A DNA stretch of 64,000 nucleotides from an uncultured cyanobacterium (GCA_963765575.1 CAVXWZ010000005.1:109629-173628), one strand, 5' to 3'; shown: positions 20,942 to 31,920, counted from the first letter of the stretch. A program made the numbers and translations. Notes: generated from the letters alone by a model not told the origin.

Positions 20942-21418
20942 ATGACCCCTCCCGTGTTCAGCCGCCGCCACCCCGGCCCGCCGCCCGCGGCCGCCCTGCG
21001 CTGGCAGCTGCCGCTCACGGCCGAGGAGCGCAGCCGCTTCCGGGGCCGTCGCCGCAGCGCCCATGGAGAGGAGGTGCTGCTGCAGCTGCCCCGGGGCGAG
21101 GCCCTGCGGCCGGGCGAGTGGCTCTGCGGCGACGACCCCCGGCCCCTGTGGCTGCAGGTGCAGGCGGCCCTGGAGCCGCTGCTGCGGGTGCGGGCGGCCG
21201 ACGGGCCGGCCCTGCTGCAGGCGGCCTACCACCTGGGCAACCGACACGTGGCCCTGGAGATCCGCGCCGCCGAGCTGCTGCTGCTGGACGATCCCGTGCT
21301 GGCCGAGCTGCTGCTGCACCGCGGGCTGCAGGTGGAGACCATCACGGCGCCGTTCCGGCCGGAGGCCGGTGCCTATGGCCATGCCCACAGCCATGACGTC
21401 CACGCCCCGGAGGCCTGA
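20942..21418 (+). CDS. ureE: Urease accessory protein UreE
   Basis: AAYHLGNRHV, PFRPEAGAYGHAHSH. Confidence 0.95.
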   Translation: MTPPVFSRRHPGPPPAAALRWQLPLTAEERSRFRGRRRSAHGEEVLLQLPRGEALRPGEWLCGDDPRPLWLQVQAALEPLLRVRAADGPALLQAAYHLGNRHVALEIRAAELLLLDDPVLAELLLHRGLQVETITAPFRPEAGAYGHAHSHDVHAPEA

Positions 21419-21421
21419 GCG

Positions 21422-22177
21422 ATGCCGATGGGTCTGGAGTTGCTGCGCCTCTTCCAGCTGGTGAGCCCGGCGCTGCCGGTGGGCGCCTTTTCCTACTCCG
21501 AAGGCCTGGAGGTGTTGGTGCAGGCTGGCCGACTCCCTGACGCCCCGGCCGTGAAGGCCTGGCTGGAGGCGGAGCTGCGCCGGGGGCTGGTGGCCGTGGA
21601 GGCCGCCGCCCTGCCGGCCCTGATGGAGGCGCTGGCCAGCGGGCAATGGGCTGCCGCCGGCGACCACGACGGCTGGCTGCTGGCCCAGCGCGAGGCCCCC
21701 GAACTGCGGGTCCAGCAACGCCAGATGGGCCGCTCGTTGCTGCAGTTGCTGGCCGATCTGGGCTGGCCCCAGGTCCCGTTGCCCCTGGGCTGGAGCGGGG
21801 CCTGGGCCTGGGCCGGCGTCTGCCTGGAGCTCTCCCCCCAGCCGCTGCTCGAGGCCTATCTCTACGGCTGGACGGCCAGCCAGCTCAGTGCGGCGGTGCG
21901 GCTGGTGCCCCTCGGCCCCACCGAGGCCCAGCGCCTGCAGCTGTCCCTGGGACCCCTGATTGCCGAGCGTGCCTGTGCGCTGCTGGCGATCGCCAGCCAG
22001 GCCGCGGCATCCGCTACTGAGGCTGAGGCTGAGCTGGGGGCAGGGGCAGGGGCTGAGGCCACTGGTCGCGATGTCGCTGGCGTGGGCAGCTGGAGGCTGC
22101 TCTGGAGCGCTGGGGTGGGTGCCGCGGGGGCCCAGCTCCGCCATGCTGAGCTCTACACGCGGCTGTTTCGCAGCTGA
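21422..22177 (+). CDS. ureF: Urease accessory protein UreF
   Basis: QLVSPALPVGAFSYSEGLE, AAVRLVPLG, HAELYTRLFRS. Confidence 0.95.
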   Translation: MPMGLELLRLFQLVSPALPVGAFSYSEGLEVLVQAGRLPDAPAVKAWLEAELRRGLVAVEAAALPALMEALASGQWAAAGDHDGWLLAQREAPELRVQQRQMGRSLLQLLADLGWPQVPLPLGWSGAWAWAGVCLELSPQPLLEAYLYGWTASQLSAAVRLVPLGPTEAQRLQLSLGPLIAERACALLAIASQAAASATEAEAELGAGAGAEATGRDVAGVGSWRLLWSAGVGAAGAQLRHAELYTRLFRS

Positions 22178-22204
22178 GTTTGCAGCTGAGGAGAGCGGGC
22201 GTCG

Positions 22205-22804
22205 ATGAGCAAATTGCGGGTGGGGGTGGCCGGACCGGTGGGCTCCGGCAAGACGGCCCTGGTGGAAGCGCTCTGCCGCCGTCTGCGCCAGCGCCTGCAG
22301 TTGGGGGTTGTCACCAACGACATCTACACCCAGGAGGACGCCCAGTTTCTGACCCGCGTCGGTGCCCTGGAGCCGGAACGCATCCGCGGGGTGGAAACCG
22401 GTGGCTGCCCCCACACGGCCATCCGCGAGGACTGCTCGATCAACCGGGCGGCCGTGGCCGAGCTGGAGCAGGCCTTCCCCGATCTCGATCTGGTGTTCGT
22501 TGAGAGTGGTGGCGACAACCTGGCAGCGAGCTTCAGTCCCGAGCTCGTGGATCTGTGCATCTACGTGATTGATGTGGCCGCCGGTGACAAGATTCCCCGC
22601 AAGGGCGGTCCGGGGATCACCCGCTCCGACCTGCTGGTGATCAACAAGATCGACCTGGCACCAATGGTGGGGGCCAGCCTGGAGGTGATGGAGCGCGACA
22701 CCGAACGCATGCGCGGTGGCCGGCCCTGGTGCTTCACCAACATTCGCAGCGGCGAAGGGGTGGAGGCCGTGGAGGATTTTCTGTGGCGACAGCTACCAGG
22801 CTGA
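22205..22804 (+). CDS. ureG: Urease accessory GTPase UreG
   Basis: [32 protein letters not shown]. Confidence 0.98.
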   Translation: MSKLRVGVAGPVGSGKTALVEALCRRLRQRLQLGVVTNDIYTQEDAQFLTRVGALEPERIRGVETGGCPHTAIREDCSINRAAVAELEQAFPDLDLVFVESGGDNLAASFSPELVDLCIYVIDVAAGDKIPRKGGPGITRSDLLVINKIDLAPMVGASLEVMERDTERMRGGRPWCFTNIRSGEGVEAVEDFLWRQLPG

Positions 22805-22868
22805 GCATCGGCCTGCGCCCAGGTCATCAGATCGTCAGCGACTCAAGTTGTCAGCGAGTCAAGAAAGG

Positions 22869-22910
22869 GTGCCTGTTGCTACAGGGTTGAGCTCTGGCTC
22901 TGAATACCGT
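22869..22910 (+). promoter_or_regulatory. NtcA-activated promoter of urtA
   Basis: GTGCCTGTTGCTAC, exactly 22 nt, then TACCGT (TAN3T -10 box). Confidence 0.75.
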
Positions 22911-22989
22911 CCCAACGACCGCTCAGAAGCAGCGGACCATCCACAGGTTTTTCAGAGTGTCGATGTATCCCTCCTTCCTGCGTGGCGCC

Positions 22990-24279
22990 ATGGCTCGCCG
23001 CTCTCCCCTGCGCGTGGTCGCCGGCACCACCATGCTGGCGATGTCCTTCTCGCTGGTGGCCTGTGGATCGGGCGGCGGCGATGAAGCCGCCGGAGACTTT
23101 GACGGTGAAGTGAAGGTGGGGATTCTGCATTCCCGCTCCGGCACCATGGCCATCTCCGAGAACACGGTGGCCGAAGCTGAGTTGATGGCCATCGCTGAGA
23201 TCAACAAGGCCGGCGGTATCACGATCGGTGAGGAGCAGCTGAAGATTGTTCCGATCGAGGAGGATGGTGCTTCTGATTGGCCCACCTTTGCCGAGAAGGC
23301 CCAGAAGCTGATTGACCAGGATGAGGTGGCCGTGGTCTTCGGCGGTTGGACCTCTGCCAGTCGCAAGGCGATGCTGCCGGTGTTTGAAGCCGCGAATCAC
23401 TTCCTCTACTACCCGATTCAATACGAGGGCCAGGAGTGCTCCGCAAACATCTTCTACGCCGGTGCCGCCCCCAACCAGCAGGCCGAGCCTGCCGTGGAGT
23501 GGTTGCTGGAGAACAAGGGCAAGGACTTCTTCCTGGTGGGATCTGACTACGTCTATCCCCGCACCGCCAACACGATCATGAAAGAGCAGCTCGCGGCCTC
23601 CGGTGGCACCGTGGTGGGCGAGGACTATCTGCCCCTGGGCAACACCGAGGTGGCGCCGATCATCTCCAAGATCCGTCAGGCACTGCCCGATGGCGGCGTG
23701 ATCGTGAACACGCTCAACGGTGACAGCAACGTTGCCTTCTTCAAGCAGCTGCAGGCCGCCGACATCACCCCGGCAAACGGCTACACGATCATGAGCTTCT
23801 CGGTGGCGGAGGAGGAAGTGGCCGCCATTGGTCCGGAGTACCTGGAGGGCACCTTTGCCGCCTGGAACTTCTTCCAGACCCTCGACACTCCTGAGTCGAC
23901 TGAATTCACCAAGGCCTTCCAGAAGAAGTATGGCGACAACCGGGTCACCAACGATCCCGCCGAGTCTGCCTACAACATGGTCTATCTCTGGGCGGCTGGT
24001 GCCGAGAAAGCTGGCACTGTCGAAAACGAGGCCGTGCGCGAGGCCCTGATCGGCGTCAGCTTTGATGCGCCCCAGGGCACCGTCACCGTGCAGCCCAACC
24101 ACCACCTCGAGAAGCGGGTGTTGATTGGCGAGGTGAAAGACGATGGCATGTTCGAGATCGTCGAGGACAAGGGCTTCGTCAAGCCGATTGCCTGGAACCA
24201 GTTCGTGCCGGAGACCAAGGGTTACACCTGCGACTGGACACGCACCGATGTGCCCAACCCCGGCAAGTTCCAGATGTGA
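22990..24279 (+). CDS. urtA: Urea ABC transporter substrate-binding lipoprotein
   Basis: Lipobox LVAC; VGILHSRSGTMAISE; FGGWTSASRKAM; YPIQYEGQE. Alternative ATG at 22963. Confidence 0.96.
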   Translation: MARRSPLRVVAGTTMLAMSFSLVACGSGGGDEAAGDFDGEVKVGILHSRSGTMAISENTVAEAELMAIAEINKAGGITIGEEQLKIVPIEEDGASDWPTFAEKAQKLIDQDEVAVVFGGWTSASRKAMLPVFEAANHFLYYPIQYEGQECSANIFYAGAAPNQQAEPAVEWLLENKGKDFFLVGSDYVYPRTANTIMKEQLAASGGTVVGEDYLPLGNTEVAPIISKIRQALPDGGVIVNTLNGDSNVAFFKQLQAADITPANGYTIMSFSVAEEEVAAIGPEYLEGTFAAWNFFQTLDTPESTEFTKAFQKKYGDNRVTNDPAESAYNMVYLWAAGAEKAGTVENEAVREALIGVSFDAPQGTVTVQPNHHLEKRVLIGEVKDDGMFEIVEDKGFVKPIAWNQFVPETKGYTCDWTRTDVPNPGKFQM

Positions 24280-24370
24280 GTGTGGTCGTGATGCGGTGGC
24301 CGTTGCCTGGCTGACCCTTCACGATCCCAGATCTGCTTGTAGCGGCTGCCCTGCATGGGGTTGATGCCAT

Positions 24371-24401
24371 GGGGGAAGTGCTGGACTTCCCCCTTTTCTT
24401 T
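24371..24401 (+). terminator. Intrinsic terminator between urtA and urtB
   Basis: GGGGGAAGT-gctgg-ACTTCCCCC followed by TTTTCTTT. Confidence 0.8.
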
Positions 24402-24438
24402 CATTCCATCCTGTCGTTGATCCGCCCTGGGCGGCCGC

Positions 24439-25596
24439 ATGACTCTTCTCTACGAAACGCTCTTCAATGGTCTGGCGATCGGCTCGGTGCTGATGCTGGC
24501 CGCCCTCGGCCTGGCGGTGGTCTTCGGGTTGATGGGCGTGATCAACATGGCCCACGGTGAACTGATGATGATTGGTGCCTACACCACCTTTGTGGTGCAG
24601 AACCTCTTCCGCAGTGGGCCGCTGGAGGGGCTGTTCCCGATTTACATCCTGGTGGCGATTCCCGCGGCCTTCTTGGTGAGTGGTCTGGCGGGCCTGCTGC
24701 TGGAGAAAACGGTGATTCGCCGCCTCTACGGCCGGCCCCTGGAGACCCTGCTGGCCACCTGGGGAGTGAGCCTGATCCTGCAGCAGTTCGTGCGCTCGGT
24801 GAGCACTGCCTTCGCGCTCGGGCTGGTCACGGCCGTGGTGCTGGGCATTTTGCTGCCGCGCTTCACGCCAGCCCGCTGGTGGCGCCAGCGCTGGACCCCG
24901 CTGCTGGGGGTTGGCAGCTGGGTTGGCGCGGGTGCGCTGGGCATCGCCCTGGCCTCCGCCCTCTCCGCCGTGCGCGCCTTGCGCCAACCCTGGTTCAGCG
25001 CCCGCAACCTGGATGTCACCGCTCCCCAGTGGTTGCGGGGGGCCATTGATCTGGGGGGTGTGAACATGCCGGTGGGGCGTCTGTTCATCATCGCCTTGAC
25101 GCTGCTGTCGGTGATCGCCGTCACCTGGTTTCTGCAGAAGAGCGTCTGGGGTATCCGCATCCGCTCGGTGACCCAGAATCGGCCGATGAGCAACTGCCTG
25201 GGCATCCCCACCGAGGCTGTTGATGCGCTCACCTTTCTGGTGGGATCGGGACTGGCCGGGGTGGCCGGGGTGGCCGTGAGTCTGCTGGGGTCGGTGGGGC
25301 CCAACCTCGGCGGCAACTACATCGTGGACTGCTTCATGGTGGTGGTGCTGGGCGGCGTGGGCAAACTGCTGGGCACCGTGGTGGCGGCCTTGGGGATCGG
25401 CCTGGTCTCCTACATCCTGGGCTCAGGCTCCCTGCTGTTGCTCTGGCCGGCCATGCCGGAAGCGCTCAATCAGCTGGTGACATTTTTCGCCACGACTTCG
25501 ATGGCCAAGGTGCTCGTGTTTGCCCTGATCGTGGTGTTTCTGCAGATCAGGCCCGCTGGCATCTTTCCCCAGAAGGGTCGCCTGGTGGAGGCCTGA
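24439..25596 (+). CDS. urtB: Urea ABC permease
   Basis: GLMGVINMAHGELMM, RPLETLLATWG. Confidence 0.95.
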   Translation: MTLLYETLFNGLAIGSVLMLAALGLAVVFGLMGVINMAHGELMMIGAYTTFVVQNLFRSGPLEGLFPIYILVAIPAAFLVSGLAGLLLEKTVIRRLYGRPLETLLATWGVSLILQQFVRSVSTAFALGLVTAVVLGILLPRFTPARWWRQRWTPLLGVGSWVGAGALGIALASALSAVRALRQPWFSARNLDVTAPQWLRGAIDLGGVNMPVGRLFIIALTLLSVIAVTWFLQKSVWGIRIRSVTQNRPMSNCLGIPTEAVDALTFLVGSGLAGVAGVAVSLLGSVGPNLGGNYIVDCFMVVVLGGVGKLLGTVVAALGIGLVSYILGSGSLLLLWPAMPEALNQLVTFFATTSMAKVLVFALIVVFLQIRPAGIFPQKGRLVEA

Positions 25597-25599
25597 GCC

Positions 25600-26778
25600 A
25601 TGGCTGTTCTGGATCCCGCTGCCAAAGCATCCACTGCTGCCGCCTCCCCCTCGCAGCGCTGGCGTGGCTGGCTGCTGCTGGCCGTGATCGTGGGGCTGGC
25701 GCTGGTGCTGCCGGCGATCCTGCCGGTGTTTCGCCTCAAGCTGCTGGGGCGCTTTCTCTCCCTGGGCATCGCCGCCCTGGGCATTGATCTGATCTGGGGC
25801 TTCACGGGCCTGCTGAGCCTGGGCCAGGGGATTTTCTTCGCCCTCGGTGGCTATGCGGTGGCCATGAACCTGCTGCTGATCAACCTGGAGCCGGGACAGC
25901 TGCCGGAATTCTTCGGCCTCTACGGCGTCAGCGAACTGCCGGCCTTCTGGCAGCCCTTCAATTCTTCGCTGTTCACGCTCTTCGCCATCTGGCTGATTCC
26001 GGCTCTGGTGGCTGGATTCCTGGGCTATCTGGTGTTCCGCAACCGCATCAAGGGTGTCTACTTCTCGATCCTCACCCAGGCGTCGCTGCTGGTGTTCTTC
26101 AACCTCTTCAATGGCCAGCAGCGGCTGATCAATGGCACCAACGGCCTCAAGACCCAAACGGCCCTGATCTTCGGCCAGCAGGTGGGCAGTGACCCGATGC
26201 AGCGCTACTTCTTCTGGCTCTCGGTGCTGCTGGTGGTGCTGGCCTTTCTGCTCTGCCGCTGGCTCACCCGCGGACGCTTCGGTGATGCCCTGATCGCCAT
26301 CCGCGACGATGAGCCGCGCATGCGCTTCACCGGCTACAACCCCACGGCCTACAAGACCGTGGTCTTTGCCATCGCCGGTGCCCTGGCCGGTATCAGCGGC
26401 GCTCTTTATACGGTCCAGTCCGGCATCGTATCGCCGCAGTTCATGGCGGTGCCCTTCTCGATCGAGATGGTGATCTGGGTGGCGGTGGGGGGCCGGGGCA
26501 CCCTGATCGGGGCCGTGCTCGGTGCCCTGGTGATCAACTTTGCCAAGAGCCTGGTGAGTGAGGCCCTGCCGGAAACCTGGCTGTTCATCCAGGGGGCCCT
26601 GTTTCTGCTGGTGGTCACGGCCCTGCCGGACGGCCTGGTGGGCTGGTGGCGCCAGGGTGGTCCGCGCAGCATCCAGGCGATGGTGGGGTGGCCGCCCCTG
26701 GCGCCCACCTATCCCGCCCTCGACCTCGATCCCGCCGTCCAGGCCGAGAAAGCAGAGCTCAAAGGGGGTCGGCGATGA
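25600..26778 (+). CDS. urtC: Urea ABC permease
   Basis: DLIWGFTGLLSLGQG, RIKGVYFSILTQA, SIEMVIWVAVGGRGTL. Confidence 0.95.
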   Translation: MAVLDPAAKASTAAASPSQRWRGWLLLAVIVGLALVLPAILPVFRLKLLGRFLSLGIAALGIDLIWGFTGLLSLGQGIFFALGGYAVAMNLLLINLEPGQLPEFFGLYGVSELPAFWQPFNSSLFTLFAIWLIPALVAGFLGYLVFRNRIKGVYFSILTQASLLVFFNLFNGQQRLINGTNGLKTQTALIFGQQVGSDPMQRYFFWLSVLLVVLAFLLCRWLTRGRFGDALIAIRDDEPRMRFTGYNPTAYKTVVFAIAGALAGISGALYTVQSGIVSPQFMAVPFSIEMVIWVAVGGRGTLIGAVLGALVINFAKSLVSEALPETWLFIQGALFLLVVTALPDGLVGWWRQGGPRSIQAMVGWPPLAPTYPALDLDPAVQAEKAELKGGRR

Positions 26779-27581
26779 GCTCCGCCACGGCCACCGCCCC
26801 AGCTTCAGGGGCCGCCGACCAGCCCGGCACCTACCTGCTGGAGCTGCGCGGCGTGAGTGTCAGCTTTGATGGCTTTCTGGCCCTCAACGATCTCAACCTC
26901 CAGCTCGCCCCCGGTGAGCTGCGCGCCGTGATCGGTCCCAATGGCGCCGGCAAGACCACCTTCCTCGACGTGATCACCGGCAAGGTGCGGCCCACCAAGG
27001 GCGAGGTGCTGTTCCATGGCCGCTCCCTGGTGGGCATCCCCGAGCACCAGATCGCCCGACTCGGCATCGGCCGCAAGTTCCAGACACCGCGGGTCTACCA
27101 GAACCTCACACCACGTCGCAACCTGGAACTGGCCGTGAGCCGTCGCGCCTCGCCCCTTGATCTGCTGTTGTCCCGCCTTGATTCCAGTGCCCGCGATCGG
27201 GTCCAGCACCTGCTGGGGGTTGTGAGTCTCGAAGCCCAGGCCAACCTGCCCGCCGGTGGCCTCTCCCACGGCCAGAAGCAGTGGCTGGAGATCGCCATGC
27301 TGGTGGCCCAGGATCCCCAGCTGCTGCTGGTGGATGAGCCGGTGGCTGGCCTCACCGATGAGGAGACGGAGCGCACCGCCGATCTGCTCAAGGAGCTGGC
27401 CGGTGACCACACGGTGCTGGTGATCGAGCACGACATGGAGTTCATCCGCGATCTGCAATCGCCGGTCACGGTGCTGCACGAAGGCCATGTGCTCTGTGAG
27501 GGGTTGATGGATGCGGTGCAGGTGGATCCGCGGGTGATTGAGGTGTATCTCGGCACTGAAGCCGATGGGGAGTTCAACTGA
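26775..27581 (+). CDS. urtD: Urea ABC ATPase
   Basis: GPNGAGKT, LSHGQKQWLEI, LLVDEP. Confidence 0.95.
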   Translation: MSSATATAPASGAADQPGTYLLELRGVSVSFDGFLALNDLNLQLAPGELRAVIGPNGAGKTTFLDVITGKVRPTKGEVLFHGRSLVGIPEHQIARLGIGRKFQTPRVYQNLTPRRNLELAVSRRASPLDLLLSRLDSSARDRVQHLLGVVSLEAQANLPAGGLSHGQKQWLEIAMLVAQDPQLLLVDEPVAGLTDEETERTADLLKELAGDHTVLVIEHDMEFIRDLQSPVTVLHEGHVLCEGLMDAVQVDPRVIEVYLGTEADGEFN

Positions 27582-27583
27582 CG

Positions 27584-28300
27584 ATGGCCATGCCTCCAAC
27601 TCTTCAGGTGCAGGGACTCAATGTGTTTTACGGCGAGAGCCACATCCTGCGCGATGTGGATCTGAGCGTGCAGGCAGGTCAGATGGTGTGCCTGATCGGC
27701 CGCAACGGGGTGGGCAAGACCACCCTGCTGAAGACGGTGATCGGGCTGCTGCGCCAGCGCAGCGGCGCCGTGGAGCTGCTGGACCGGGAGGTGTCGGCGC
27801 TGCCGCCCCACGCCCGCGCCCGTGGCGGCATCGGCTACGTGCCCCAGGGGCGGGAGATCATCCCCCAGCTCACCGTGCGTGAAAACCTGATGCTGGGCAT
27901 GGAGGCCCTGCCGGGCGGTCTGGCCAAGAACCGCCACATCGATCCGGTGGTGTTCGAGCTGTTTCCGGTGCTGGAGAAGTTTCTGGCTCGCCGCGGAGGC
28001 GACCTCTCCGGAGGGCAGCAGCAGCAGCTGGCCATCGCCCGGGCGCTGCTGGGCAAACCCAAGCTGCTGTTGCTCGATGAACCCACGGAAGGCATCCAGC
28101 CCTCGGTGGTGCTGGACATCGAGCGGGCCGTGCGGCGCATCATCGAAACCACCGGCATCAGCGTGCTGCTGGTGGAGCAGCACCTGCACTTCGTGCGCCA
28201 GGCCGACTGGTATTACGCCATGCAGAAGGGTGGGGTGGTCTCCAGCGGGCCCACCGGCGACCTCAGCAAAGATGTGGTGGAGCGTTTCCTGAGCGTCTGA
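27584..28300 (+). CDS. urtE: Urea ABC ATPase
   Basis: GRNGVGKT, LSGGQQQQLAIARAL, LLLDEPTEGIQPS. Confidence 0.95.
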   Translation: MAMPPTLQVQGLNVFYGESHILRDVDLSVQAGQMVCLIGRNGVGKTTLLKTVIGLLRQRSGAVELLDREVSALPPHARARGGIGYVPQGREIIPQLTVRENLMLGMEALPGGLAKNRHIDPVVFELFPVLEKFLARRGGDLSGGQQQQLAIARALLGKPKLLLLDEPTEGIQPSVVLDIERAVRRIIETTGISVLLVEQHLHFVRQADWYYAMQKGGVVSSGPTGDLSKDVVERFLSV

Positions 28301-28330
28301 GCATCTGTGTCTGCGCAGGGGTCTTCGGTC

Positions 28331-29245
28331 TCAGGCCTCCAGCAGCCGGCGCCAGAGCGCCTCGGCCACCCCCGCCATGGCAGCGGCCCCAGAGTGGGCC
28401 CCCCAGGACAGGGGGTGCCCCGCCAGGTGGCTGATCGGCCGGCAGCCGAGGCTGTTGATCAGCACCGCCCCGCTGCTCCCCGCCAGATCCCGTAGCCCAA
28501 GCCCCACCTCCCGGGCCAGCCCCAGCTCCAGGGCACGGGCGCGCATCACCCCCGGCAGGCAGCCGCTGGAGAGCGGCGGCGTGAGCCAGCTGCCGCCCCG
28601 ACGCACGAGCAGGTTGGCGCTGGTGCCGCAGCACAGGCCGCCGGCGTCACTGGTCAGCAGGGCGTCGTCGGCCCCGGCCGCCTGCGCCTGGCGGTGGGCC
28701 TGGATGGCGCCGCCGTAGGCGAAGGTCTTGCAGCGGCTGAGCAGGCTGGTGGGGCTGCGGGTCTCGCTGGGGCTGACGATCACCCCCAGCGGCTCGAAGC
28801 AGGGGCTGCTGGGGCTGAGCTGCAACCAGAAGCGGTGCCGACAGTGGCCGGGGGGTGCGATCCCTGCGGTTGCGACTGGGGCGCTGGTGGTGGCGGCGGC
28901 CGGGGTGCCCCGGCTCCAGTTGAGGCGCAGGCGGCCGCTGTGGATGGCGCTGCGGGCGATGGCCCCACGCGCCAGCGCTGCCGCCTGACCCGCTGGCGGC
29001 GGCTCCAGGCCCAGCAGGGCGGCGCCGCCCTGCCAGCGGGCCAGATGCTGCGCCAGCAGCCGCGGGCGACCCTCCAGCACCAGCACGGTTTCGAACAGCC
29101 CGTCGGCGAGCAGCAGACCCCGGTCACTGAGGGGCACGGCCAGGGTGTCGGGGTGACCCCAGCGGCCGGCGGGGGCGGGGGTGTCGATCCAGGCGATCGC
29201 GCTCGGGGTGCCCTGTGGCGCGGCCGGGTCTGCCTGCGTCGTCAT
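28331..29245 (-). CDS. pabC: Class IV aminotransferase / aminodeoxychorismate lyase
   Basis: DRGLLLADGLFET, CLPGVMR, INSLG; adjacent to pabB. Confidence 0.8.
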   Translation of the reverse strand: MTTQADPAAPQGTPSAIAWIDTPAPAGRWGHPDTLAVPLSDRGLLLADGLFETVLVLEGRPRLLAQHLARWQGGAALLGLEPPPAGQAAALARGAIARSAIHSGRLRLNWSRGTPAAATTSAPVATAGIAPPGHCRHRFWLQLSPSSPCFEPLGVIVSPSETRSPTSLLSRCKTFAYGGAIQAHRQAQAAGADDALLTSDAGGLCCGTSANLLVRRGGSWLTPPLSSGCLPGVMRARALELGLAREVGLGLRDLAGSSGAVLINSLGCRPISHLAGHPLSWGAHSGAAAMAGVAEALWRRLLEA

Positions 29246-29258
29246 GGTGAAGCGGCCC

Positions 29259-30590
29259 TCATGGCGCCTCCCCGGCCAGCGCCGCCAGCAGGGGCTCCAG
29301 CTTCCAGCCCATCTCGTTCGCCTCCGACTCGGGATCGGAATCGGCCACCACGCCGCAGCCGGCATGGGCGCGCAGGCGCCGTCCCTGCACGAACAGGGAG
29401 CGGATGAGGATGCTGCTGTCCAGGCCGCCGCTGCCATCGAGCCGGAACAGGGAGCCGCAGTAGGGGCCGCGGGGTACCGGTTCGAGCTCGGCGAGGCGCT
29501 GGCAGGCGCGGACCTTGGGGGCGCCGGTGATTGACCCCCCAGGCCAGCAGGCCCGCAGCAGGTCCGCCGCCCCCAGGCCCGGCCGCAGCCGGCCCCGCAC
29601 CACCGAGGTGAGGTGGTGCACCTGGCGGTAGCTCTCCAGCCCCACCAGCTGGGGCACCTGGATTGAGCCAGGCCGGCACACCCGTCCCAGGTCATTGCGC
29701 AGCAGGTCCACGACCATCACGTTCTCGGCCCGGTCCTTGGGGCTGGTGACCAGCTCGGCGGCCGCATCGGCATCGGCGGCCCCATCGTCGTGGCGGGGGC
29801 GGGTGCCCTTGATCGGGCGGGACTCCACCTCGCCCTCGGCGTTGAGCTGCAGGAAGCGCTCCGGTGAGGTTGAGAGCACCGCCTCGCCGGGCGCCGCCGC
29901 CCCGCCGATCGCCAGCCCGGCGAAGGGGGCCGGGCAGTGGCGCCGCAGCCGGCCATAGAGCGCCAGCAGCTCGGCGGCCGTGGGCGACTCGTCCAGCTCC
30001 TGATCACAGCAGGCGCTGAGGTTGGCCTGGAACAGATCGCCGCTGGCGATGCGCTCCCGCACCACCTGGACCTGGGCGGCGAAGGCGCGGCGGTCGGTGT
30101 GCCAGTGCCAGCCGGCAGCGGGCAGCACCGGGGCGGCCTGGGGCTGTGCCGCGGCGTGCTCCAGCCGAGCCGCCAGGGCCTGCAGCCGTTGCCGGTCGTG
30201 GCCCTCCAGCCACAACTGCTGCCGGTGGTGATCGGCGATCAGCAGCGGATCGGCCTGGACCGCCCAGAGCAGGGCCATCTCCGGCTGCTTCCAGTGCTCT
30301 GCTGGCTCCAGCCAGGCGCCCGCCTCGTAGGCCAGCCAGCCCAGCCAGGGCCGTCCGCTGGCCGCCAGTTCGGCGAGCACCGCGAAGGGGTCCTCGGCCC
30401 CGGGCTGGCCCGGCAGGCCGCGGCAGACGCGCTCGGCCAGGGGGTCGAGGGCCAGCACGCTGAACCGTCCCAGGGCCGAGCCATCCCCGTCCAACCACAC
30501 CAGTCCCGGCCGCTGCAGATCGCCCAGCAGCCGCGGCAGCAGGTCCTGGGGCTCACACCAGGCCAGCGGCCAGCGCAGGGCCGCGGTCAT
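29259..30590 (-). CDS. pabB: Aminodeoxychorismate synthase component I (anthranilate synthase component I family)
   Basis: [49 protein letters not shown]. Confidence 0.88.
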   Translation of the reverse strand: MTAALRWPLAWCEPQDLLPRLLGDLQRPGLVWLDGDGSALGRFSVLALDPLAERVCRGLPGQPGAEDPFAVLAELAASGRPWLGWLAYEAGAWLEPAEHWKQPEMALLWAVQADPLLIADHHRQQLWLEGHDRQRLQALAARLEHAAAQPQAAPVLPAAGWHWHTDRRAFAAQVQVVRERIASGDLFQANLSACCDQELDESPTAAELLALYGRLRRHCPAPFAGLAIGGAAAPGEAVLSTSPERFLQLNAEGEVESRPIKGTRPRHDDGAADADAAAELVTSPKDRAENVMVVDLLRNDLGRVCRPGSIQVPQLVGLESYRQVHHLTSVVRGRLRPGLGAADLLRACWPGGSITGAPKVRACQRLAELEPVPRGPYCGSLFRLDGSGGLDSSILIRSLFVQGRRLRAHAGCGVVADSDPESEANEMGWKLEPLLAALAGEAP

Positions 30591-31288
30591 GGTGCTGGAG
30601 GCGGGGCCGCCCCACTGGCCAGATCGGCGCGGCCGGCTTCGATCAGGGCGGCATCGCGGATGCGGCAGCTGTCGCACACCCCGCAGGGCCGCTCGCCGCC
30701 GCTGTAGCAGCTCCAGGTGTGCTCGAGCGGTACCCCCAGCCGCAGGGCCTCCAGCACGATGCGCGTCTTGTTCCAGTGCACCAGCGGCGCCCACAGCCGC
30801 GCGCCCTGGCCATCCCGTCCTGCGCGGCTGGCCAGATCCGCCAGGGTCTGAAAGGCGTCCAGGTAGTCGGGTCGGCAGTCGGGGTAGCCGGAGTAGTCCA
30901 CGGCGTTCACCCCCAGCACCAGCCGCTTAGCGCCGCGGGCCTCGGCCAGGCTCAGGCCCAGGGCGATGAACACCGTGTTGCGGCCGGGCACGTAGGTGCT
31001 GGGAATCACCCCCTCCACCACGCCGTCGCTGGGGATGGCCTGGCCCGGATCGGTGAGGGCCGAGCCGCCCCAGGCCGCGAGGTTGACGGCGATGGTGTGG
31101 TGCTCGGCCAGCCCCAGCGCCGTGGCCAGGGTGGCGGCGGCGGTGAGTTCGCGGCGGTGGCGCTGGCCATAGTCGAACGACAGGCCGATCACCCGGTAGC
31201 CGGCCTCGATCGCCAGGGCGGTGGCGGTGGCGGAATCGAGGCCGCCCGAGAGCAGGGCGATGGCGGTGGCAGGGGTGGCCTGGCTCAT
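30587..31288 (-). CDS. queC: 7-cyano-7-deazaguanine synthase
   Basis: [25 protein letters not shown]...CGVCDSC. Confidence 0.96.
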   Translation of the reverse strand: MSQATPATAIALLSGGLDSATATALAIEAGYRVIGLSFDYGQRHRRELTAAATLATALGLAEHHTIAVNLAAWGGSALTDPGQAIPSDGVVEGVIPSTYVPGRNTVFIALGLSLAEARGAKRLVLGVNAVDYSGYPDCRPDYLDAFQTLADLASRAGRDGQGARLWAPLVHWNKTRIVLEALRLGVPLEHTWSCYSGGERPCGVCDSCRIRDAALIEAGRADLASGAAPPPAP

Positions 31289-31293
31289 CGACC

Positions 31294-31920
31294 TCAGGGC
31301 AGCCCCAGCAACTTGTGGCTCTGCAGGCTCAGGCGCCACTGCGGGTGGCGGCGCACATGGGCGATCGCCAGCTCCTGGCCGCTGCCGCTCTGCCACCCCG
31401 GCTGGAGCAGCAGGGCGGGGTGGTTGCCGGCGGCGGCGGCGGCGGCGGCCATGGCCTCGGCGAAGGCCAGATCGCTGGGCTCGTGCACCACCGGTTTGAG
31501 TTCCTGGCAGGCGGCCAGCAGCGCGGGCCGCGGCGGCCGGTGGCGTTTGGGGGAGAGCGTGATCCAGTCGAAGCGGCCGCTGAGCGGATCCACGCCGCTG
31601 GTCTCCAGATGCAGCGGCAGGCCGGCCGCGTCCAGGGCCCGGCAGAGGGCGCTGAGGTCGTGGTGCAGCGGTTCACCGCCGGTGACCACCACGAAGGCGG
31701 CGCCGGCGGCGGCGGCGACCCGGGCCTGGCGGGCAATGTCGTGCAGCTGGCGCTGCGGGTGGGGCTCCAGTGGCCAGGAGTGCTTGGTGTCGCACCAGGG
31801 GCAGCCCACCGCACAGCCAGCCAGCCGCAGGAAGAAGGCGCTGCGCCCCGCGTGCATCCCCTCTCCCTGCAGCGAGTGGAAGGTTTCCACCACGGGGATG
31901 GTGGCGGCGGCTGCCGGCAT
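31294..31920 (-). CDS. queE: 7-carboxy-7-deazaguanine synthase (radical SAM)
   Basis: [36 protein letters not shown]. Confidence 0.95.
   Translation of the reverse strand: MPAAAATIPVVETFHSLQGEGMHAGRSAFFLRLAGCAVGCPWCDTKHSWPLEPHPQRQLHDIARQARVAAAAGAAFVVVTGGEPLHHDLSALCRALDAAGLPLHLETSGVDPLSGRFDWITLSPKRHRPPRPALLAACQELKPVVHEPSDLAFAEAMAAAAAAAGNHPALLLQPGWQSGSGQELAIAHVRRHPQWRLSLQSHKLLGLP

Noticed and set aside
30587..31920. queC/queE as a 7-deazaguanine DNA-modification (dpd) system
   Set aside because: No dpdA/tgt paralogue nearby; the context with pabBC is ordinary queuosine/folate housekeeping.
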